From NCBI RefSeq assembly GCF_006345805.1, contig NW_021824735.1:1-17866 (forward strand): a stretch of 17,866 nucleotides of DNA, in the 5' to 3' direction. Both the position numbers and the translations under genes were made by a program. The notes under the pieces were generated by a model. That model saw nothing but the letters and a program-made list of their open reading frames with translations. It was not told where the DNA came from and did not search any database. Of the stretch, positions 8,909 to 17,697 are shown one piece after another; the first letter of the stretch is position 1, and each line of letters opens with the position of its first letter. Origin of the DNA: Octopus sinensis (Eukaryota).

Positions 8909-9336
8909 ACAAACACACTGTCACCCATATATAATCTGTAAACATAGAATTATATTATTTAAAGATGCGCAGCCTCATTATATCTACATATAGTTTTAAT
9001 GCTTCCGGGATGAAATTGATCTTTAACATTATAGGTGATAATTAAGAGAAATGATGTCGAGATATGGAAATGATGTTTGTTATATTATAGGAATCGCATC
9101 TCGTATTTGCAAGCCGTTGAAATGTAATTCAGGCGTTAGTGTAAATATGTAATTATTATGTAGATGTCAGTAATTTAGATACTATTTGTGTCATTAAGTA
9201 TTATTTATACTAATTATATTTGAGTGACTTCAACGAGGATTGAACGAGGAAACTACGGAAGTGGCGGTTTTTCATCGCCGCATTTGCTTATAAGGAGAAC
9301 TTGGAGAGGGATGCGATTAATATTTGGATGTTTGAT

Positions 9337-9560
9337 TTTATTCTTTTATTTGTTTCAGTCAATTGGCTGCGACCCTGATGGAGCACGGACTTGAAGGATT
9401 TTAGTCGAACAAATCGACCTCAAGATGTATTGCTTTTTTTAAGCCTACTACGTATTCAGTCGGTCTCTTTTGCCGAACCGCTAGTTTACAGAGTGGTAAG
9501 CAAAACAGTACCCGTTGCCAAGCACGGGTGACAAACACAGAAACAGACACACACATACCT
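9337..9560 (-). mobile_element. Decayed SINE-A 3' half
   Basis: TCTTTTATTTGTTTCAGTC...GGAGCAC...TCGGTCTCTTTTGCCGAACCGCT...ACAAACACAG matches 14979-15185. Confidence 0.8.
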
Positions 9561-10083
9561 ATATACATACATCTCTCTCTCTATCCGCTCAGCCGAAGTC
9601 GACTCTCGATTACTCGTTGGATCAGTGTCTTCCAGTTAGTTCTATCCTGGGCCGCTTCTTTCAGATTGGCTATGTCCATTCCGGTATACACACATACACA
9701 CATAAATACATATATGTATATATATGAGGCTGTGCTTATATGTGTGTGTGCATGTATTTGTGCCTGTGTGTGTGTTTGTGTGTGTATGTGTGTGTGTTTG
9801 TGTGTGGTGTGTATGTGTGTGTGTTTATGTGTAAAATAGTTGAATTAAATTCGTCCTTTTTTTTTTTAGCTTTCCCAAAAACGAATTCTAAAATAGATTC
9901 TTCATAGTTTGCTGGTAGCTTACTAGCGTACAATTGCGAATATGGGAATAATACTTGTATATGGTGTGTTGCGAATTTGTGGAAAAAATCCCATAAAACT
10001 CAACAATTTTAATGAAAATGGGGAAGAGAAGATGTTGAAATATATAAGAGAATTTTAATTCAAGCAGACGATCGTTTCGTATA

Positions 10084-10272
10084 GCGAATACTAAGCAATA
10101 CAGCATGTCATTTCCAAATTTCTTGGAGAGTTAATTGCATCATGGTGCTGTTATTCTCACAGACGGTGCCCAACTGATCCTACTATACGGTGTAATCGAC
10201 AAAATCAAAAGCAAACAATACACATACGTGTAATTAAATATAAAATGGCGACAATTTATCCATCGCACGCTG
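10084..10272 (-). mobile_element. 5' end (TIR, 5' UTR, first ~20 codons) of the same DD37D mariner family
   Basis: Reverse complement TA|CAGCGTGCGATGGATAAATTGTCGCCATTTT...TTTTGTCGA...ATG ATG CAA...TGG AAA TGA CAT GCT GTA TTG CTT AGT ATT CGC (MMQLTLQEIWK*HAVLLSIR) aligns with 4133-4292. Confidence 0.85.
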
Positions 10273-10280
10273 TATGTATG

Positions 10281-10319
<39 letters not shown>

Positions 10320-10540
10320 ATAATATATATATAATATATAAATATATATATAATATATATATATAATATATATATATATATTTATGTATGTATGTATGTA
10401 TGTAATATATATGTATATATATATATATATATATATAGTATATGTATGTATATATATGTATATATAAATATATATAATATATAGTATATATATATGTATG
10501 TATGTATGTATATATACGTGTGTGCGTATGTATGTATGTA
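10273..10540. repeat. (TA)n/(TATG)n compound microsatellite
   Basis: Directly visible. Confidence 0.95.
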
Positions 10541-11009
10541 CTGATGGAAATATTAAATGACTAAAAAACTTGCGTTAATTAGTAATTTACAAACACGAAT
10601 CTACACAGGCATATACAATTAGGCCATATAGAAACGCACACATATGCATACGTATATGCATATACACACAAACATATATAGACACATACAAATGCATATA
10701 AAGATGCTCACACAAACACATACATAAATCGATCTTTTTATGTTTTTTGCTTTCGAACAACTTAATTGATTGCGTGTATTGATCTGTCTAAAGATATATT
10801 CACACATACAGAATACTACCTCTTAGAATAGGTATATAGATAAATAATTATAGATAAATAGTTTTACGGGTTTTCGTCTTTTACTGTTATATAATATTAA
10901 TTCATATTTAATTGACATCATGCTAAATACAAGAATATTTAATGAACCTGTACGTCGACACACTTACACATACACACATATAGACAGATATTTAGCCACA
11001 CATACAGTC

Positions 11010-11085
11010 AGACAGATTGATAGACAGACAGATAGGCATATAGACATAGAGATAGGTAAATAGGTTGTGAGTTAAATAAGTAGAC

Positions 11086-11140
<55 letters not shown>

Positions 11141-11446
11141 CACAGACAGACAGACAGACAGACAGATAGACAGACAGACAGACAGATAGATAGACGGACA
11201 GATAGATAGATAGATAGATAAGTTTCTTTATTGGCCACACAGGGCTGCACACAGATGGGACAAGTTACAAGGTAGAGCTTTTCTTTTGGGGTATGAAAAA
11301 AACAAAAAACAAAAAACAAAAGAAACAAAAAGAAAGGTGGCGTAGGTTTTCGATCAAAGGGTTTCGTAAAAGGGAAAAAAAGAACAAAAAATGAAATAAA
11401 AAAAAATAGATAGATAGATAGATAGTCAGACAGACAGACAGGCAGA

Positions 11447-11479
<33 letters not shown>

Positions 11480-11483
11480 GGAC

Positions 11484-11570
<87 letters not shown>

Positions 11571-11700
11571 CTGATATATTGATAGATAGATAGATAGATA
11601 GATAGATAGGTAGATAGATTGATTAATAGATAGATAGATTGATTAATAGATAGACAGACAGACAGACAGATAGATAGACAGATATATAGACAGATAGACT

Positions 11701-11772
<72 letters not shown>
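11010..11772. repeat. (GATA)n/(GACA)n compound array interrupted by a ~185-bp insert
   Basis: Directly visible. Confidence 0.95.
11222..11406 (-). mobile_element. Putative non-LTR retrotransposon 3' end (T-rich UTR, AATAAA, then (TATC)n)
   Basis: Minus strand ends ...GCAGCCCTGTGTGGCCAATAAAGAAAC then TTATCTATCTATC; last 50 nt match the SINE-B tail at 14203-14249. Confidence 0.5.
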
Positions 11773-11913
11773 CATTATTTACATTTGACGGATATTTGCC
11801 TTCATCTTGTTTGTTGTCAACAAGACGTCTCGGCTGATATACTCTCTACCCTTCATTAACAGTCTTGGTGAAAGTTCAAAACTGCGTTCTCGTTTCTAAG
11901 GAAATTTTTGATC
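11773..11913 (-). mobile_element. Possible Penelope-like terminal fragment with a degenerate hammerhead-like layout
   Basis: Minus strand TTAATGA-spacer-CC-GAGAC followed by a 9-bp hairpin; family assignment from memory only. Confidence 0.3.
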
Positions 11914-11923
11914 TTATCATCAC

Positions 11924-11955
<32 letters not shown>

Positions 11956-11962
11956 CCATCAC

Positions 11963-12010
<48 letters not shown>

Positions 12011-12030
12011 AGATAGATAGATAGATAGAT
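11914..12030. repeat. (ATC)n followed by (AGAT)n
   Basis: Directly visible. Confidence 0.95.
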
Positions 12031-12254
12031 GTGTCATAAGGTAAATATTTAACGTCTGCTTGTAAGAGTAGCTTTGGATGCAGCCCTCAGGCTTAATGAA
12101 ACGCACAGATGATGTATGAATATATGTGTGAATGTGTGTGTTTAGTGCGTTTTGCTCGAGTCTGTGTGCATTGCATCCATACCGATGAACATCTATTATT
12201 TTATTAAATAATGAAGACAGAAATGAAAACAAAACTGAGATATCAAATACTCTG

Positions 12255-12375
12255 TACGTGTGTGTGTATGTGCGTGTGTTAATATATATATATATGTGTG
12301 TGTGTATCTACATATACGCTCATATGTGCGTATATACATAGTTATTTATATAACTTAATATACATACATATGTAC

Positions 12376-12432
<57 letters not shown>

Positions 12433-12570
12433 CATACACGCGTATTTATCACAACGAATATGTATGTGAATATGGGCACACACGTACATACATATATGTA
12501 TATATATATATATATACATGTATGTATATATATATATTATGTACATATATATATATATATATAATATATA

Positions 12571-12610
<40 letters not shown>

Positions 12611-12767
12611 GTGTGTATGAATATATATATATATACATATATGCATGTATATGCATGTATATGTAGATACATATATATATATGAAATATATTTGTTATAT
12701 ACATATAATCTATGGTATACGCTCGCACACACATACGCGCACACGCAGACACGCACATAATACATAA

Positions 12768-12803
<36 letters not shown>

Positions 12804-12812
12804 TATATACAT
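12255..12812. repeat. Mosaic (TA)n/(TG)n/(TACA)n low-complexity tract
   Basis: Directly visible. Confidence 0.93.
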
Positions 12813-13454
12813 AATACATTACTTTTTTAATTATTAAATAATGTGGACATATTCAAAACTTTTATGGGCAGCAGCAAGTGATAAATATTTATATCATTAG
12901 GAACCGTATGAATCAAGAAAAAAAATCGAAACCAATTTAACATATTCAACTAGAAATTGCAGCTGTTTTGATAATTGATGTTTTTACTCGATATTAACTG
13001 AATTCATAATCGTTACATTTAGATTTTAGATAGAAATATTGCTGATGCGTCTATCTATAATTTTTCTTTGCAATTTCTTAGCGGTTTCGTTATTAACGTC
13101 CAACCATTAAACTACAGGAATAAAGAAAGTCAAATGTAAAGATAGTGAAGATATATAACGATCTAAATTGTATAAATTACGCTGGGTGACTGCGGGAAAT
13201 CTATTCAATTTTGATACATCCATATCATGTTTGGTTTGTTTGTTCCACATCTGCTGTCTCCTTCCTGGGCAGGAAATATTTTCCCGTTGTTTAATTTGAA
13301 GGTTATTAATGAATTATTGAAATGTTCTCTTATTAGATTACTGATGTCTGTGTAAATGGTAGAGAGATTTCTCTGCGTCCGGTCGATGTGTGATAGGAAA
13401 CTTATAGCGAATGTTTACCAGAGTATATATATGTATATGTATGTATATTTGTAT

Positions 13455-13682
13455 GTGTGTGTGTGTCATTGTGTCCGGGTTTGCTCCCACCACTACAGCT
13501 GGATAACCAGTGTTGGTTTGTTTACGTCTCCGTAACTTATCGGTTCGGCAAAATGGACCGATAGAATGAGTACCAAGTTTAAAAATAAAATAAATACCGG
13601 TGTCAATTAGTTTAGATAAATTTCCTCAAGGCGCTGCCCCAGACTGGCCGCACTATAATGACAGAAACAATTGAAAGATAAA
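13455..13682 (+). mobile_element. Decayed SINE-A 3' half
   Basis: GTGTTGGTTTGTTTACGTCTCCGTAACTTATCGGTTCGGCAAAA...CCGATAGAATGAGTACC...AAGGCGCTGCCCCAG matches 16200-16406. Confidence 0.8.
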
Positions 13683-13737
13683 ATTTAAAGGCGAAATACC
13701 GTTTACGCTGTGTCCTGTATGTATGATTTATAACCTA

Positions 13738-13931
13738 CCATATTTGATACGGTAAAACGCTCACGGGAATATTAGATGCACCTCATTTTCTGCAAGGTAT
13801 ATTCAGGAATAAAAGATTTTAGTTCATTTAATCATGTAATACAAACCAAACTTCGCACATAAGACCCTGGGTGATTTTAGAAGACAACTTTTTGGAGAAG
13901 AAAAGTGCGTCTTATATGCCATAGAAGACCG
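13738..13931. mobile_element. ~195-bp pogo/Tc2-like MITE with TA flanks
   Basis: Right end GTGCGTCTTATATGCCATAGAAGACCG|TA; its reverse complement matches TA|CCGTATTTGATGACATAAAAGACGCAC (15599) at 23/29 and the left end TA|CCATATTTGAT. CCGTATTT...TAAGACGCAC is a pogo-type TIR pattern. Confidence 0.55.
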
Positions 13932-14026
13932 TATGTGCGTCTGAAATACTCTGAAAGTTATAGATAAACGCTAATTGGTAGCCAAGTGTGTGGTCTCCGC
14001 TTTGCAGAGAGAAATATGAGAGTCAT

Positions 14027-14253
14027 GAGCTGGCAAAAACGTTAGCACGCCGGGCGAAATGCTTAGCGGTATTTCGTCTACCATTACGTTCTGAGTTCAA
14101 ATTCCGCCGAAGTCGACTTTGTCTTTCATCTCTTCAGGGTCGATAAATTAAGTACCAGTTACGCACTGGGGTCAATGTAATCGATTTAATACCTATGTCT
14201 GTCCTTGTTTGTTCCCTCTATATTTAGCCTCTTGTGGGCAATAAAGAAATAAG
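14027..14253 (+). mobile_element. Near full-length SINE-B (tRNA head, Nin/Deu-like central domain, LINE-like tail)
   Basis: A-box-like TGGCAAAAACG 14031, B box GAGTTCAAATTCC 14093-14105, central TCTTTCATCTCTTCAGGGTCGATAAATTAAGTACCAG, tail ...GGCAATAAAGAAATAAG; about 6 copies in the window. Confidence 0.88.
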
Positions 14254-14413
14254 AGAGAAATATGAAATTGTACCACCCGTGTTGGAGTTGAAAGAATTAC
14301 GATGGTAATTGTCGTGTAATGTAAAGCTTGAATGACCTTATTTTTGAAGTAATGAAGTTTGATATGTGTACTGGGAAGTATTTCTCGGCTGTTGTCAACA
14401 TATGTGGTTGACA

Positions 14414-14610
14414 AGGCTTGAAAAGACAACTGCCTTCTCTTCTCTCAAAGTGCGTAAAAGGTAAACAAAGATTTATTATAAAATAGGCGCAGACTTGGCT
14501 GTGTAGTAGAAAGCCTGCATCCCAAACCCCTGGATCCGGGTTCAGTCCCGCGTGACATCTTGGGAAAGGGCGTTTTACTATATCTTCGGGCCGACGACAC
14601 CCTTGGCAGC

Positions 14611-14655
<45 letters not shown>

Positions 14656-14766
14656 GTGTGTGTGTGTCTTAGTATCGGTGTTTATCCCCCATCAATGCTT
14701 GACAACCGGTGTTGGTGTGTTTACGTTCTCGTCAATTATTTGCAAGGCAAAAGAGTCCTATAAAAT
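14414..14766 (+). repeat. Local duplicate of 16927-17253 (72-bp unique lead plus variant SINE-A)
   Basis: Lead has 4 mismatches in 72 nt; both SINE copies share the same internal deletions; flanked by a 19-bp direct repeat. Confidence 0.9.
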
Positions 14767-14978
14767 ATGTTGTCAACATAAGTGGTGGCTGCAATATGAA
14801 CAATACAATGTGTCAATGGACAAGTCCTTGTAATGTAAACAAAGGTCGAATACGGTCAATGTTTTTGGTAAGGGTATCTCTTCAGTTATTCTATCGAAAT
14901 TATCGCCAGCATTGATCTTTGTTACTACGTTTCGTATACGAGACGTCAGATATAAACAAACGAAGATCAGAGCTCTCT

Positions 14979-15383
14979 CTCTTTTACTCTTTTACTTGTT
15001 TCAGTCATTTGACTGCGGCCATGCTGGAGCACCGCCTTTAGTCGAGCAACTCGACCCCAGGACTTATTCTTTGTAAGCCCAGTACTTATTTTATCGGTTT
15101 CTTTTGCCGAACCACTAAGTGACGGCGACGTAAACACACTAGCATCGGTTGTCAAGCAATGCTAGCGGGACAAACACAGACACACAAACATACATTCACA
15201 TACATATATATACATATATACGACGGGCTTCTTTCAGTTTCCGTCTACCAAATCCACTCACAAGGCTTTGGTCGGCCCTTGGCTATTGTAGAAGACACTT
15301 GCCCAAGGTACCACGCAGTGGGACTGAACCGGGAACCGTGTGGCTGGTAAACAAGCTACTTACCACACAGCCACTCCTGCGCC
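14979..15383 (-). mobile_element. Full-length SINE-A
   Basis: Reverse complement of 16001-16406 at roughly 90% identity by eye. Confidence 0.95.
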
Positions 15384-15600
15384 TATTAGCTGGCTATTAT
15401 TTTTATAGAATATCTGTAGAGATACGCATAACACAAAATGTAAAAGCTCACGGCTACCGCAGTAGGACACGGTGTTGACTTATGGAATCATTTACTATAC
15501 TACAAAGTATATTTTGGTTGCAGAACGAAGTACCAGTTACCTACAAGTCATTTGTATCAACGTTTTATCCTGTGCGTCTGATATAGAGTTTTATAGTTTA

Positions 15601-15700
15601 CCGTATTTGATGACATAAAAGACGCACGGTTTTATCAGAAACACCATAATTTCAGCAGGGCATATTCAGGAACAAGATTTTTAGTTCGTTAACGCGTTTG
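15601..15700. mobile_element. Left part of a second pogo-like MITE copy
   Basis: TIR TA|CCGTATTTGATGACATAAAAGACGCAC and body CATATTCAGGAACAAGATTTTTAGTTC match 13738-13835. Confidence 0.55.
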
Positions 15701-15715
15701 ATGTAACTCCCAACT

Positions 15716-15785
15716 TCGACCTCGACGGAATTTGAAATCAGAACATAAGGACAGATGAAAAGTATTTCGTTCGCTGTGTTAATGA
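15716..15785 (-). mobile_element. SINE-B head fragment
   Basis: TCGACCTCGACGGAATTTGAAATCAGAAC is the reverse complement of the B-box region. Confidence 0.75.
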
Positions 15786-16000
15786 TAGGCCACTTTATGA
15801 CCAACACCACAAAATAACGTTTGTCATCCATTATAAAGTTCAAATGCTGTCTGCCCTTTTTGCGCAACTCTGATGGACATTTCTGTAATATAGGTGGGTT
15901 TGAAAGGTTCTGAAAGATAGAGATTAATAGTAATTAATAACCATGCGCTTAATTTTGGAAGAGAGTTATGTGAAATTCTATCATCTCCGTATTATACTAT

Positions 16001-16406
16001 GCGCAGGAGTGGCTGTGTGGTAAGTAGCTTGTTTACCAACCACATGGTTCCGGGTTCAGTCCCACTGCGTGGCACCTTGGGCAAGTGTCTTCTACTATAG
16101 CCTCGGGCCAACAAAACCCTTGCGAGTGGATTTGGTAGACAGAAACTGAAAGGAAGCCCGTCGTATATATATATATATATATATGCGTGTGTGTTTTTGT
16201 GTGTCTGTGTTTGTCCCCCCAGCATTGCTTGACAACCGATGCTGGTGTGTTTATGTCCCCGTTACTTAGCGGTTCGGCAAAAGCGACCGATAGAATAAGT
16301 ACTGGGCTTACAAAATAATAAGTCCCGGGGTTGAGTTGCTCGATTAAAGGCGGTGCTCCAGCATGGCCGCAGTCAAATGACTGAAACAAGTAAAAGAGTA
16401 AAAGAG
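16001..16406 (+). mobile_element. Full-length SINE-A (tRNA head, CORE-like segment, internal microsatellite, (TAAAAGAG)2 tail)
   Basis: A box TGGCTGTGTGG 16010-16020, B-box-like GGTTCAGTCCC 16053-16063, CACCTTGGGCAAGTGTCTT, internal (TA)n(TG)n; resembles octopus OR-type SINEs from memory. Confidence 0.95.
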
Positions 16407-16461
16407 TAGTGTTTTGTTAATGCTTAACAGTTTAGGAATTGTAGAGTTAAGAGAATTACGT

Positions 16462-16542
16462 ATTTGAACTCAAAAGTAAAGACGGACAAATTCCTGCTAT
16501 GCGTTCTGTTCGGTGAACTTACGTTTCTACCAGTTCGACACC
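16462..16542 (-). mobile_element. Decayed SINE-B head fragment
   Basis: ATTTGAACTCAAAAGTAAAGACGGAC...ACGTTTCTACCAGTTC matches the reverse complement of 14027-14101. Confidence 0.65.
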
Positions 16543-16548
16543 TGTATA

Positions 16549-16710
16549 GAGGGGAGAGGGTCAGTCGATTACATCGACGCCAGTGTTCAACTGGTGCTTA
16601 TTTTAATCACCCCGAAACGATCATGTGCGAAGCCGGCATTGACGGAATTTGAAATCTGAACGTAAGGTCAGACCAATTGCGGCTAAGCATTTTGCCCGGC
16701 GTGCTAATGA
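16549..16710 (-). mobile_element. SINE-B
   Basis: TCGATTACATCGACGCCAGTG...AACTGGTGCTTA...CGGAATTTGAAATC...GCTAAGCATTTTGCCCGGCGTGCTAA. Confidence 0.85.
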
Positions 16711-16998
16711 GAGGCCACTTTACGATCAACAATGCAAAATATCAACCCCTATAATGTAAAACTAAGTTCAGACGCTGTCTGCCATTTTTGTGCATGCCAG
16801 GTGTATATTTTTATTATATAGGTGTGTTTTGAAAGTACGTATAGTGGCTAGGAGTGTGTTCTATGATAGGAAAAAGTAACGTCAAATCGTACCCCCAAAC
16901 ATGCATTAAAATAATTTCATGGAGTGAGGCTTGAAAAGACAACTGCCTTCTCGTCTCTCAAAATGCGTAAAAGCTAAACAAAGATTTATTGTAAAATA

Positions 16999-17270
16999 GG
17001 CGCAGGCTTGGCTGTGTGGTAAAAAGCTTCCTTCCCAACCACATGGATCCGGGTTCAGTCCCGCGTAACATCTTGGGAAAGGGTGTTTTACTATAGCTTC
17101 GGGCCGACGAAACCCTTGGCAGACATATATATATATATCTGTGTGTGTGTGTTTCTTAGTATCTGTGTTTATCTCCCATCACAGCTTGACAACCGGTGTT
17201 GGTGTGTTTACGTTCTCGTCAATGAATTGCAAGGCAAAATAGTCCTATACAATTTATACCAGGCTTAGAA
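16999..17270 (+). mobile_element. Variant SINE-A (probable donor of the 14414-14766 block)
   Basis: SINE-A head with diagnostic deletions; continues along the SINE consensus beyond the point where the 14.4-kb copy stops. Confidence 0.85.
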
Positions 17271-17285
17271 CAACAAAAATTAATA

Positions 17286-17652
17286 GGTGCAAGAGTGGCT
17301 GTGTGGTAAGTAGCTTGCTTACCAATCACATGATTCCGGGTTCAGTCCCACTGTGTGGCACCTTGGACAAGTGTCTTCTACTATAGCCTCGGGCCGACCA
17401 AGGCCTTGTGAGTGGATTTGGTAGACGGAAACTGAAAGAAGCCTGTCGTATATATGTATATTTAAATGTACGTGTGTGTGTCTGTGTTTGTCCCCCCAAC
17501 ATCGCTTGACAATCGATGCTGGTGTGTTTATGTCCCCGTAACTAAGCGGTTCAGCAAAAGAGTCCGATAGAATAAGTACTAGGCTTACAAAGAATAAGTC
17601 CTGTGGTCGACTAAAAGCGGTGCTCCAGCATGGCTGCAGTCAAATGACTTGA
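17286..17652 (+). mobile_element. Near full-length SINE-A
   Basis: Collinear with 16001-16385 with a small deletion near 17608. Confidence 0.93.
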
Positions 17653-17683
17653 AGCCACGAAGTCGTCGTTTTAAAGAACACTG

Positions 17684-17697
17684 GTCTCCTTGGCAAC
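17684..17697. promoter_or_regulatory. Candidate RFX X-box
   Basis: GTCTCCTTGGCAAC is 11/14 identical to GTTGCCATGGCAAC with an intact GGCAAC half-site; lies in a non-repeat, GC/CpG-richer stretch. Confidence 0.35.

Noticed and set aside
9888-10106. 72-aa minus-strand ORF next to the mariner fragment
   Set aside because: Out of frame with the transposase start and runs into unrelated AT-rich flank
10619-12819. ORFs such as YLSI, poly-M and YIYI repeats
   Set aside because: Microsatellite artefacts
13261-13275. Palindrome TTCCTG-GG-CAGGAA as STAT/ETS site
   Set aside because: Short isolated motif with no supporting context
14913-14969. Minus-strand CTGACGT...GAAAC hammerhead look-alike within an imperfect hairpin (ACGTTTCG-TATA-CGAGACGT with outer TGATCTT/AAGATCA arms)
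   Set aside because: The conserved A9 is absent, stem II does not close properly and there is no credible stem I/III; single copy, likely chance
16001-16070. tRNA gene at SINE heads
   Set aside because: A and B boxes are present but I see no cloverleaf or acceptor stem, and the head continues into SINE body; same for SINE-B and SINE-C
15149-16389. ORFs 15149-15478, 15992-16225, 16033-16389 with mutually similar peptides
   Set aside because: Similarity comes from SINE-A copies read in antisense, not from a gene family
13711-16835. A regular ~930-bp tandem period (offsets ~925 and ~1855)
   Set aside because: The intermediate position near 14640 shows no homologous unit and SINE insertions would disturb any period; treated as coincidence
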